A DNA stretch of 64,000 nt from assembly GCA_051362555.1 (NCBI GenBank), contig CM120649.1, forward strand, positions 18,614,567 to 18,678,566. Direction: 5' to 3'. The translations under genes were made by a program, and so were the position numbers. The notes beneath the pieces were generated by a model. The model made no database searches. It saw nothing but the letters and a program-made list of their open reading frames with translations, and was not told the DNA's origin. This document shows, in pieces, positions 25,573-37,942 of the stretch. Within the stretch, counting starts at the first letter, position 1. Each line of letters begins with the position of its first letter. The DNA comes from Lingula anatina. Taxonomy: Eukaryota; Animalia; Brachiopoda.

Positions 25573-26952
25573 TATATATAAGTTTATTTCTGTCATACCA
25601 ACAAATACAGGGATTTGATTTACGTCATTAGAACAATCACTATCTGTTACATGAATCTATCTGCAGTACAATGTTGTCAAAACCAAGATAAAGCTTGTGA
25701 TGCATTCTCTGTGGTTTTGCTCTTCAGCAAGGTATAGCACATCTTGTGGAGTAACATCAGTGAATTTGGACTTGACATTGCATGATTTATTCCATTTCTT
25801 TGGCAAAGTAAAACATGTTTAATATTTCATTAAGATAAGCCAGCATATGTTGGAAAGATGAGGTCATGGTAAGAAAAACTGACAGAAGCAACTAGCTATA
25901 GGCCTTGGACTGCAATGGTTGATCCATGTTAAAAGAAGGAAAACAAAACCATGCAAAATCTCTATTATGTGGCCTTTATATACCATATAGAACAATTGGC
26001 AAATCCCAAAAATTATACCATTCAGGTTTATGAGTTTATTCCATACTAATCAGTGTGGTCAGGATCTCACACACAATATTTCTAAACAAGGAAACCAGGC
26101 TAAGGTAAACAATACACCATATTGCTAAACATTGAAACTATAATAAGACAATGTGTGATGAATCTTCCCTTTACTTAGAGATATCCTCTCCAAATCTACC
26201 AAAATATTTCACCAAATCTAATATTTCTGGAGAGAAAAAAATTCAAGTATCACTGCACAACATATTTCTGCATGAGGGTTTGAGGTTTTCAACCACTTCT
26301 ACTTTCATAATACAGTTCTAAATATATCTCCGTACATTTAGTTCACCACAGTCTTCCTGACATTTCTGAATGAAATGTTGATATCAGATACTTCTACTTG
26401 AGGAGTTTTATCATTTTTAATGTCTGAATTGGAAAAATACAGCCATATGCAGCTGGGATATTTCAAACATGTTGGTATACTTTTAAATAAATTTAAACTT
26501 GATCCAGTATATGCGTATTTAAATCAGGGACTCCATTGTACCGTCAAGCAGACAGGTGACCTTGGGATTTCCAAGTTGGAAAACCTAGGAAAAACTAGAT
26601 CCCTAATTAAATCCTGGAAGGTTTCCAAAAAATTTGGAGTGACCTAGCTGCCCTACTGCCACCTACTTCATATCAGTATTGTTTGCAGGGCTGCCAACTC
26701 TGTGTACATTTACATGTATTCTACATATCATATATGACTCGCCCTTATTGTTTACATGTGTTATTCAATTGATAATAAAGCATTAAAACAGTCGATCTAT
26801 TCATCTGGAGTACTAGCTGTCATGTTGGCAACTTTTCGCCTGCATACAATGTTTACAGCTGATAACTTATCAAAAGCAATGGAGATTCGTATTCAATCAG
26901 ATATATTCTGTTCCTACCAAATGCTGGAATTCAGACATGTTTTTGTACTTAC

Positions 26953-26970
26953 CCTTCCATTGATCTCCAT
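26953..26970 (-). CDS. CASK: Candidate alternative start micro-exon (MEINGR) for a short, L27-less CASK isoform
   Basis: acaacATGGAGATCAATGGAAGG|gtaagt. Strong Kozak context, consensus donor, and phase 0, which is compatible with the 22869 acceptor. Confidence 0.5.
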
Positions 26971-27026
26971 GTTGTAGAACTTTTGCACAAGATTGAGATA
27001 ACTGGATAAATAATATATATTTTTTA

Positions 27027-27240
27027 GACTGCATTCCCACAGATTTTAGATCGATCTATCCCCATGGGGAGTCTCACTAGATTACTGTCAGCTTAGCAGC
27101 TGAAATGTCTGTCCCGCCTACTAAAAGCTGCAAGGGGGTAATTAACTTCCGTGTCCGCTTGGCTGACAGCAATTTAGCGTGAACCCCCAGGGAATTAGGT
27201 CGATCCAGATGGATCGATCTAAATCTGTGGGAATGCAGTC
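27027..27240 (+). mobile_element. MITE family B (PIF/Harbinger-like)
   Basis: TIR GACTGCATTCCCACAGATTT(T)AGATCGATC, TSD TTA/TTA. Confidence 0.88.
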
Positions 27241-28406
27241 TTAGTCACCGACTCCTATATATTATTATCAGGTTTTCCAATAAAACCAACATGTAAAACA
27301 ATGCACTGGACCATCCTAACTTCATAATTTCTTCATCTATTCATGCATCAACAGCTCTTTCAATGGTACACATACTTTCCACTACTAAAGAGGTTTACTG
27401 GTTCAATACCATCAATATCAAGAAGGAATCCAACTTGCACTTTCCCACAGCAATACTACAAATAAGGGATTACTACAGTATAGTTTGAAACAAACTGCAC
27501 AAATATATCGACTTGAGATACAATTCTTGTAACAGATGTTTCAAAGACGTGATTATTTCTATAAGAAACCCTTTCTTGCCCTTTCCTTCATATAATGGAT
27601 TATTAACAGCAAACTTCACCAACAGCTAAATAAGAACTGATTGTGTTTTTCACAATCACTGTCACACCAACTGCAATTCTGACGCACACCCAAGCACAAT
27701 GGGTGATCAAAATGTATACATTTATTCCAAGATATGTTTGAATGAATTATTTTAGAATACTATGAGTCATGCATTCCAAGCACCCATTCCTCACAGTGTT
27801 CATAGATTAACACAACCTGAACACCAAACTTTCTACAGTAAAAAAAAAAAAAAAAAAAAAAAAAATCTTGCCCATCTACCTTTTCTTTGGCACATGCAAT
27901 TCCATTAGCAAATTCTTCAGGAGAGGAAAAAAATGGCAGCATGATATCAGTTTGAAGAAAACCATACATGTTTAGAACATGTGGGTAATTTAGGAAGATA
28001 CTTGGCAACAGGAAATGAGTCTGCGCTAAGTTATCAAACTCAACGCCTCTAAACTTCCTGTCCTTAGACAGGCCACAGGATAGACTTTTGTCATCTCCCA
28101 TTTCTTTTCAAAGCTTACCTGTGTTTCTATACCAAAGGCAAGATACATCCTTTGAAACAGGATAATTAATAATATACATAACAATGTGCATGGAGATTGA
28201 ATTTTTTTCTCTTGAAAAGTGGTCTGAGTGAAGACACAGCAATGATAGTGATCTGTAAAAATGGTACTGATGAGAACTGAAACACATTATTATGTACACT
28301 TTACTGGACTTTAAAACTACAAAATAAATAAAATAAATAAATTCATTTATTAAGACTAAGCATTCTGGTAACACTATTTAACACAAAGAACAAACTATGT
28401 ACTTAC

Positions 28407-28493
28407 AGTAAAGTTAGGACTGGTAAGTATCTGACGAAGTTCTTCCGTCTCTTTGGCCGTGATCGGCGAGTGTTCTTGAACAGCATCCAGAAC
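28407..28493 (-). CDS. CASK: CASK second L27 domain exon
   Basis: ctttcag|VLDAVQEHSPITAKETEELRQILTSPNFT|gtaagt. 87 nt, phase 0/0. Matches the L27 'ELxxILxxPxF' pattern. Confidence 0.93.
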
Positions 28494-29512
28494 CTGAAAG
28501 TAGGAACATTTTTATTGGATAATAGTTTCTATCTAAAAAAAAAAAACTAACTTGCCACATGACTTCAATGTATAAGGACCAGGTAAGGAAGGAACATGCT
28601 TACATAAGACTGGGAGTAGTTCCCCAAACTGTCAGCTTTAATACCATTCCTCTCCTTCTTTTATTTCTAAATAACATCAGGTTTGGAGCAAGTTCTTCAA
28701 TTTCTTTTCTCTTTTGAAAAAACAAAAGCATCAATTTAGCATCCAAACCCCATTTTAAGTACTATTTATTTATTTATTGTAGCTGTTCATTAATTATGAA
28801 CAGAATTTCATAACTCAATATTTTTCCACTCCTACCTCAATGATAACTGTCTAGGGTGACTTTTTCAAAGTTCTAAGGATAAAGAGAAAGGGGCCATGAC
28901 AGAGCATTCCTAAGAATATTTTTTGAAGAATTCTTATCAGGAAATTCCTTTCTAAAATCTGTATCAAAGTGAAAGGTGGTGAACCTCCTAAAAAGCTCTG
29001 TTTGTCATCTAAATGGCATGTGAACTTCTTTTGGCACAGATCTGAGTGCAGCTTAAGGTGGGAATAAAATAAACTGAGGGAAATCTCCGATTTCTTACAG
29101 GCACTTCTGTAACTATTTAATTAGATTAATGTGAGAACTGTTTGCGAGACTAAATTTGGTGAAAACATCAGCAACTCTCTCTCTATGAAACAGAATGCTT
29201 TGCAATGTTGATGCACACTTTGTCCTGATTTAACTGAAACAATGGGTGCAGTTTTTTACATATATCTTTTAATAAAACAGCAATATTGCATTGCATCATT
29301 TAGTGAAATATTAACATAAGACCATCATAGGAATCCCTCCCCCCACCCCCCAAAAAAAAGGAGGTACACATCATTTCTTGGTTGATAGGTAGTCAATAAT
29401 ATAATAATATCATGATGTTCAAAGTATAACCCAAAAAAACTCCTGGAGCATACACCATTTAGGTCAGACACCTGAAATGTCATGACCCCATTAATGCAGC
29501 ACCTGCACTCAC

Positions 29513-29590
29513 CTCTCTGGCTCTAACCACCGAGTCTGATGGCGGAGGCCTCGTGGGACTGAGCGATCGTGTGTTAATTCTGTCATAGAG
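29513..29590 (-). CDS. CASK: CASK exon linking the two L27 domains
   Basis: cttttaccag|LYDRINTRSLSPTRPPPSDSVVRARE|gtgagt. 78 nt, phase 0/0. Similar to human LYDKINTKSS..PPSDAVQRAKE as recalled. Confidence 0.93.
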
Positions 29591-29779
29591 CTGGTAAAAG
29601 AAACAAAGAAAAGATGTAATAATTTGAAGAAGATCATCAGTCAATAAAATAATTTATTTCAGCTTGAAAGTGTTTTTTAGTATCTAATATGTGAACACAT
29701 GGCATAACCCTGAGAATCATCCATCTTTTCTCATACAGGTTTCACATACTTTCACATTCGATCAGACACATTTCATGAC

Positions 29780-29865
29780 GCATAACATATCATGGCATGG
29801 CATGACTTAAGATAACATGACACCATGACATGACATAAGATAACATGACATTGCATAACATGACA
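29780..29865. repeat. Pentanucleotide-like catga/cataa repeat
   Basis: catggcatggcatgac...taacatgacaccatgacatgacataagataacatgaca. Confidence 0.65.
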
Positions 29866-30729
29866 AAATAGCAACACATTTCATAATAACAAATTATTAA
29901 TTCAAAAAAAGTCAGCAAAAAAGAAAAGGTGTAGAATAATGAGATTGACCCAGGTCCATAAGTGTGCAAACACCATCAAAAACCATTAGGTCTTTGCCAT
30001 CAGCTGTGTGATCTAAAAATATGAAAAATACTAAAATACTACTACTGGAATAATCATAAAGCACCTGTGGTTCACACCCACTCTTCATTTCTGTACAAAC
30101 ACAATTGGCCCAGCATGTGGGATTACACTCTCGTATATGACATATTACCAGAAGCTCCTTAGTTCGTAAATCACTTGTTGGGGGGTCTTTCTGTTGAAGC
30201 TGTGTTTGTAGACAATGGCAATAGAAGTATACATATTAAAGCACCTTTGAAGATCTACGTTATAGTTTTAAAATACAATCCGAGCTTTGAGCCCCTGGGC
30301 CTTCTTCGGGAATTATCAATGGCACAAATAAACACCTTTCCTAGGGAAATACTCATGTACACACTTTTCTCTAAGAAAACAACATTCACTAGTACAGCAT
30401 CTTGATTTAGATTATATTATCCTTATCTGTCTATCACAACAAAATCATCCTTATTCATAAAAGTCGTGAGGATTTTTGTTAAAGAAAGTGCAAGCTTTAT
30501 CCAATTTATAAAGAATTACACAGTTCTCCAATGAGGACAATATTAGACTTCAAAAAAAAAAAAAAGTTTAATTTTTTTGATACAACCAGGTATGGCTACT
30601 TCCAGACCATAGCAGTACACATAATTTTGAGGAATCACAACTGTTTTGACAACAAATATACAGACATCTCCAGGTGGTTACATACTACTATATACTCTAT
30701 ACCTGGAAAAATATGAAACACATTAACTA

Positions 30730-30815
30730 CTCTCTCTCTCTCTTAATTTTCTTAATTCTCTCTCTCTCTCCATTTTCTTAATTCTCTCTCTCTCTCTTTC
30801 CATTTTCTTAACTCC

Positions 30816-30849
<34 letters not shown>

Positions 30850-30868
30850 TTCCATTTTCTTAACTCCC

Positions 30869-30905
<37 letters not shown>
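30730..30905. repeat. Compound (CT)n microsatellite with ccattttcttaa interruptions
   Basis: Directly visible. It produces the spurious ERERE ORF at 30723-30935. Confidence 0.9.
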
Positions 30906-30909
<4 letters not shown>

Positions 30910-31556
30910 TTCTCTTTTGTCCCTCCCCCCCTCAATAAAAACCATTAAATCTACCATCAAATGTAATCAACTCTCTGCAGTGTTTCAGTCATGTTAAATA
31001 CCATGTCATAACTCATCTGTCACACAACACTGACAGATTGGCAAGACGCTTGACAGAATCATCCTCTGCGGAAATGGCTCAAATCTCAAAAGACGGCATT
31101 AAGCTCCCGATTGCAGTGTTTCCAGGCAATTGGCATTAATCCAAGCAGAAATTTGAGATGATGGGAGGTTATGATAGGTTTTTTAGCTTTTCATCGCAGC
31201 TTTTCATCGCATCAGTTTTGGTGTAACTGTATACATGCTATTACTGGTGGATAAATAGGGTAGTAATAAATCAAGATGTAATCTAATTCAGTCACAAAAT
31301 GTTAGATATCTAAAGAACACATAAATGTCTGTAATGAGAAAAAAATCAACATCTTTCTATCCAGAAAAAGAAATTGAGGTCCCATTCAGCTAAGTTAGAT
31401 GTAAGAAACATGCACGAAAATTCTGATCTATCTAATGTTACGCACATATACACAGGCTAATTATGAACAAAACGTCATAGCAATTAATATAGAATAAACA
31501 GGATACATGCACTTTTCCACAAAAAAAAAAAAAAAAAGGGTCTTATCAATTACTAA

Positions 31557-31892
31557 CACTAGTGGGCTGGATTTGTAAAGTGCAATTTAAGATAACTAGT
31601 GATCTTACACGATCTTAATCATTACAGCAATAGTCTTAAAATGGACTGAATCTGCTTTTAAGTTCAAAAATGATCTAACATCTACTTAAGTGGTCAAGCA
31701 GTTTCCTCCCCTCACAACAGAGGACACCTCCCCTCACAATAGAGGACACCTCTGCTCACAATAGGAAAATGTGTAAGAGGAGACAACTTAATTGGCTGTT
31801 AGACCAGCAATGGTCTTATTCATGTTTTAAGATCATGTAAGACAATCTGTGATCTTAAATTGCACTTTAAGACCAAATCAAGCCCACTAGTG
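31557..31892. mobile_element. CACTA-ended non-autonomous element, 336 bp
   Basis: CACTAGTGGGCT(G/T)GATTTG termini within an imperfect TIR of about 60 bp. TSD TAA/TAA. Confidence 0.8.
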
Positions 31893-31911
31893 TAATTCAG
31901 TGCAATATTAC

Positions 31912-33222
31912 CTGCTCAAAGCCAAACGTGGCTACAGGGTCAGGTCTCCTGATCACATGATCTGCCACATGCAAAATATGCATAGACGCCTGAGAAGGCA
32001 CAAAGGTCCCCACGCTAAACTTCTCCGTGAAGCTGACTGATTTCTTCGGCATCATGCCGCGGGTTATTCTCTCTAAGCTTGGGGACTTCATGCAAGTGGT
32101 AATACACGGGGGGTAGGGTTCGTCATAGCTCTTAGATTTGGGAGGCATGACTTTTTTGATGTTATGCAAGTTAAAAGCAGTGCTTGCTCGGGAAATTGGG
32201 GGCGTGACACAGTTTCTCGTGTCGTAAAAGCTAACTGAGCGTTTAGTCGTACACACTCCACGATCCACTTTTCGCCTGATCCAGATCGGATCAGGGTTTA
32301 CCGTTACCGTGTCCTGGTCCTCCGTCTGTGTCGAACAGCTGATCATCTTCCGATGTGAGATGGGCGGACTGGAGTACACTGAACTGGGTTCAGAGATACC
32401 GCCAATTTGTTTCTCAAATTCTGGGAAAATTTGACTCCTAGGAATCAGAATCACTTTGGGTGACTGACAGGTGCCACTCGGTTTCCTTGATGGTGGTCCA
32501 TCAGCAGCACCATCATCAGAAACATTATCCGACTTATGTGTGTGCACACTTCCATTACAGGACTTATTATCTATATAATCATGCTCATCACAGTGACACA
32601 AAGCACAGCTTAAACGCTGAAGCTCTCCTTTCTCATTAAAGTAAAAGTCATCCGGAAGATACGAGAGTACACCTAACTCGTCCTCTGGCTCTAACAGTGT
32701 TTGACTAGTTTGAGTCTCTTTTGCGGGACAACTGGCTGGTCGCCTTGGAAGACCACGGATATCGTACTGCGAAGGGTTAGCCATTTTATAACTGTGAGTA
32801 TTCTCCTTCCACCGTTGAAGCCTTGGCGAAGTTGACCTTGACCTGAAAATTCCGTTCGTATCGCCACTTTTTTTCAATGTCCAAGGTGATGAGGTTTCAT
32901 CACCAACATCACCATTATCTGAGAGCCCTTTGCGCTTGGGTTTAAACGTGGGAAACTCCTGCAAGGTCCGAGAGCTGACTTTCTCATCTGCTGAAACTGA
33001 CCGATACTTAGGAGAGGTACTCCTTTCTCTGTCATTAGCAAATCCTATTCTCACGTCCCACTGGACGCCAAAACTATTAGGACGTTTTGGAGAGTGTCCG
33101 TTTTGCCTGCTGATCCCTCCTTTTCTCCTGTGTACCTCTCTCCCTGTTCTGACTACAGGTATGTATTCTACTTGGCGCGTTGGGTGAGAAACCCTAGTTG
33201 GAGGCTGCCCTGATTCCCACAT
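31912..33222 (-). CDS. CASK: Large candidate alternative first coding exon of CASK (437 codons, S/P/R/K-rich, probably disordered)
   Basis: Only long ORF in the window (441 aa, ATG at 33222), on the CASK strand and more GC-rich than its flanks. In-frame donor GAGCAG|gtaata four codons before the stop, phase 0, compatible with the 29590 acceptor. Confidence 0.72.
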
Positions 33223-34386
33223 GTTCTTGGTTCCTATAACATATGATGTGTCATTCCTAAAATAAGCCCTTCAGCAAATGGCTATTTATTCTGGAATAAC
33301 GCTTGGGCTTCTTTTCTCCTCTCCATATATATTTTTTCCTAAGCACCCTCCATCATATCTAAAATTACACTTCCATTTGATATTTATTCTCCCAATAAAT
33401 CCCCAATCAATATGAGATTTATTTTCCCATGATAACAGCTGCTCTTCTTATCTCGTTGCCTTACTACAAGAAGGCCCCCATATGTTAATTAAGCAACAAT
33501 ATTTATCTTCCCACTGATACAACTTTCCTATTCCTATTTTTTCCTCTGTAATACAATGTGTATGTATTTTTTCTTCCACTTGTCTGAGTATTGATACACA
33601 AGGCGCCAATGCACATAATGCACAGATGCTGCCTGCTGTGCAGATTTATCTAGACACCTGCTGACTGTATATTTACTCAAATCATTCACCTGTGGCAGAA
33701 ATAATCACTTATCAACTTTCTTCATGCTATTGTTGAAATAGGTAAATAATCAGCGAGAACACTGAGCGTTGTTTATGTAGCTCTAATCTAAGCTCCTGTA
33801 GGCGAGTGCTAAACTGTCAAATATATCTTCACCCAAAGCCTTGAGAAATGACGTAACGATAAGTGTTTATAATAAATTAATATCCAGGTGCTGTCCGACC
33901 CTCCTTTTTCATTTTCTGTCTCTCAGGTCAATCCTTCAAAAGATAAACAGTCACAACTGGTACACTTTCATCTTACCAATGGCATTCCAGTATTCCAGTA
34001 TATATGTATATATGTTAGTAATTTCCCCCTTTTTTTTCCAGAATTGCTCAAGTGCAAGTTTAGGGTCAGGTGTTACCCATGATATCTATACCACCACAGT
34101 TTGCTGAATAAATCTATTCTCTATTTTACTGCAAGACAAACCTGTAAATATTTCATCTCTTTTCAAGTTATTACTGCATTAATCAAATCAGAAAAAAAGT
34201 TTGTTGCATGTACCACTTCTTCATGCTATAAAATGTTGCAAGTCTAAAAGCTAAAACTTCTCCCACAGGCACAGTGTTGATATTGGAATCTATGTATTCA
34301 ACACCTGATTCCTAACTGGTACATGAAATCCATTTATACTTCACCTGAATTGCTTTCAGGGTAAACTTCACACTGAGGTACATTAT

Positions 34387-34560
34387 TTTAGTTTGTATCC
34401 TTTCTGGGTGTGATACAATGTTTTAGTTTGTATCCTTTCTGGGTGAGATACAATGTTTTAGTTTGTATCTTTTCTGGTGTCTGATACAAAGTTTTAGCTT
34501 GTATCTTTTCTGGGTTTGACACAATGCTCTATTTGTATCCTCTCTAGTTCTGATGCACTG
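34387..34560. repeat. Minisatellite, about 35-bp unit, about 5 copies
   Basis: ttttagtttgtatcctttctgggtg(t/a)gatacaatg repeated with progressive decay. Confidence 0.85.
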
Positions 34561-37500
34561 TTTAAGGGCAAAGCTGCTATAACATGAATTTCCTTATGAA
34601 AAATCCCAGGTTTTAAACATAAAGTCAATCCAATTATCACTGTTTTTTTCTCTTTCCTTGGTGGTCAATTCTTAGAATAAATCTGCAAAAAGGCGATAAC
34701 TATCTAAAAGTTGCCCTGAAGCCAGATTTATATCAAAAGTTACCACAAATACCCTGTCCCGATGATGATTCTCAACCTTTAAGCATGAATTGCCTTTGAA
34801 TTTGAGTACCTGGAGAGAAAATCTAAGAAAAAAAATCTAATCAGTTCAATGTGCGGCCATCATCGAGTTCACCATTGATTGATAACACATAATAGAGCAA
34901 GGAACAAATTGTAAATAGCATTGCTGTGCTTTTCTTTGGCTTGACTTTGAAGTCTTTTCAATGAATACAGTTCAATAAAATATTTGCTCAGTCCCAATCT
35001 AGAGTGTACTGCTAACTGCAATACGATGTTTCCATTTCCTTAAATGTACATTAAGTGTGCTCAACTATTTGTTCCTTCGAAAGCTTCACAATTCTGGACA
35101 TTATGTTGCATCAATTCATCTCCATCTGTTTTCCCCTCAATTTTTATGAAAAAAGAACCCTGGCAATGTTCATATCTAAATCTACTGTGGACAAAAAAGT
35201 CTTCCTTTCCAGTTTTTTTAGCCAATGTGTCCACAATCTTCCAAAGCATCAGTTGTTGTACAATCAGTTTTATTCAATCATACATTTCTTGGTAAAATGT
35301 TCAGTAAACTACCCATTTTTTTGGTAAGTTTCTGTAGAATTATTCACAAGTATGTTTTCCTATGTACTTAATTACAATCTGGTCTAATATATCCACATGT
35401 CCCTGCAGGATGGTCTTTTACACTCTGCCATTAGTCCGAAATTGCACTTAATACAAAATAACAGTGAAGTTGCAATGGGTAAGTCCCAAAAGGCTCTGTC
35501 CTTGCAATTGTATATGTAGGAAAATCAACTTCCAACTGGTTTTTAATCCAGATGCTGTTTGCCGTGTTATGGTTGTTATAAGAATGGAGTTGCCATTAGA
35601 TTGTGTAATTTCCCTTCTATGATGGAGTAATCCCCAAGAGGGTTTGAAAATTTTTCTTCAGCGCTTGAATGACTGCAGACATAAAGATCAATACTTTTGA
35701 AGTTAATAATCAGAAAATCATATCTGCAAAAAAATGTTCTGACTGTTACTGCCAGCTAGAAATTAACATCAAATTTTGTGTTTTAATCAAAGCGGCAGAG
35801 ACTTCAAACATGTTTCTGGTTATTCATAACAATTCCCGACGAAGTTCAAACACAAATCTGTCACTGTAAATTATGTTTGCCTTTTCCATTTGAATCCATG
35901 TTCTCTCCACTCACCTCAAAAGCTTTTGCCAAACAACAAAATGAAATCACAGAAATCTGAGTGACATCAAAGAGTTCTCTGATACAATGGAAAGACACTA
36001 TATCCAAACTTCTGTTACCTTTTTCTAAAAAAGTGTAAGGTAGCCATGATAACGATATTGCTACACATATCTACTACCAGTCCTAACAGTCCCGAAAGTC
36101 AGAGACAGCAGTTTCCACTATGGAAAGTCTGTCTGTAAGTTCTCTGTCACCTCTCAGAACGGCTCTGTTCCTGCTGCTGCTGATGTTATACTGATTCCCA
36201 GTACACAGATCCTCACACACTACCGCATTTGTCCTAGCTATCTTAACATCACAATGGAGGACGGGATTGATCGTGTCTTGGGAGAAAACCCAGCACTGTG
36301 AAAACAGCGCTGGTCTAATCCCAGGCCCTCCACAATGGGAGGCATTGATTTCTACTTCTCTCTCTCTCTCACTCACTTTCTAAGCAAATCCAACGCAAGA
36401 GCTAGAACAATGACGGGTTCCTCAGCGTGGTTTTGCTTCAATAGGTCATGTGGCCAAAGATTGATTGGTGGTCTCCTTCTGATACAGTTAACACGGGGAA
36501 ATGACAGTAACTGTTGTTGTAGCCGGACAGTGTGAAATCATAGTTCTGAAGTTTTTATTTGTTTTTGGGGTTGTAAATGTGTATATGGGACGTGTGGGAG
36601 GATAAACCTATGAACCAATCTAGAATACAGCATAAAGCATGACAGTAACTGCTGCACTAAAAGAAAATTATTTAAGAGAGCAAAAATTTGTGGTGTAGAC
36701 ACAAAAAATATGTGTGCTGTATTAACATCTTGGAATTAGGTATCTGAATCTTCAGTTTCCTAACAATAAACTGTTATTTCAGCAGAGGTTGTTGTTGAAC
36801 CATGGCAAAACACACTCAGAACTAGAGTGAAAGGCAATTGATTTGTATTTAATGCAATTGAATAAAATTGACACAGTTCCAATGAGGCAACAGCCCTGCC
36901 ATCCAAAGACTAACAATCCTCGGTGGCATTTAGCCATCATACTGTAATAGGACTCGGTGACTCAACAATGGAAGAAATCTATAAAAGATGCACAATCCTT
37001 TTCTATTGGTATTTACCCTGGTAGAGATTCATGTGTATCAATTTCTCATTAGGATAATGGGTTTGCGTGATGTCACGCTTTGCTCAGTGTGCACTGCTAG
37101 GCGTTGTGTTTGCCACACCTAACGACTTTTGTAAACCTAATTAAGCACTCGGCAAATTTGGGGATACTTTATTTTGTCTACAACTGCTTCGTGTGAATGC
37201 TCAGCCTGAATTTCAATTTTTTTTATCGCCAGAGAAAAAAGAAATATCAACCAATATGTAAAGGCTTTGCCTGCATATTTACCAATTAAGCCAAGCATAT
37301 TTTCCCTTTCACTTAACTTTTAAGTACACTATAACTGTGACCTCACTTTTAGCTTAGTGGGTGGCAACAACTTGAAGGTTTTTTCTTAAGTCAACAGCAT
37401 ATTCATAAAGCCATTTCTAAGTTTCTTTCAACCACACAACTCCCAGTTTACACTTGCCATTATAGCTCATTGATCAGTGTCATTACAGTTAATCAACCGT

Positions 37501-37781
37501 AACTTAAAGTACAACCCGAGATGTCAAATACTCTTAATTGAGGGACTTGTGGCAAGTGAGAGTGTAATTAAAAGGTATGAGTTGGCATTGTGTATTGATT
37601 AGGTATCAAGTTGAATAGGTACACACTCTAGGTCTGTGGCATGAGATACCAGTACTTGGCTATCAAACCGCTTAACACAGGCCACTTATTTCCTTGGTTG
37701 AGTGAGTAAAGAACATTCCAACTGTAGGAAAAAGTCACTACATGCAAACATCTCAGGTGTGAACTCTATTACAATCAGTCA

Positions 37782-37942
37782 CAGGGGTGGATCCAGAGAT
37801 ATTTCTGACAATCTTCCACATTATCTTTGTTGATCCATCCTCCATTTTTTGACTTTCTGACAGAAAAAATTACTCATCAATGTAAACTTACAAATTTGAC
37901 CGTCTTCCGGAAGACCCAGAAGACCGCCTCAATCCGCCCCTG
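37782..37942 (+). mobile_element. MITE family A, copy 3
   Basis: CAGGGGTGGATCCAGAG...ATCCGCCCCTG, TSD AGTCA. Confidence 0.88.

Noticed and set aside
32930-33187. 85-aa plus-strand ORF overlapping the large exon
   Set aside because: It is the antisense shadow of the GC-richer coding region, with a non-ATG start and no splice or domain support.
36083-36376. 97-aa minus-strand ORF as another CASK exon
   Set aside because: No similarity to CASK L27 or CaMK sequence, it begins in a microsatellite, and no convincing in-frame donor was found before the stop.
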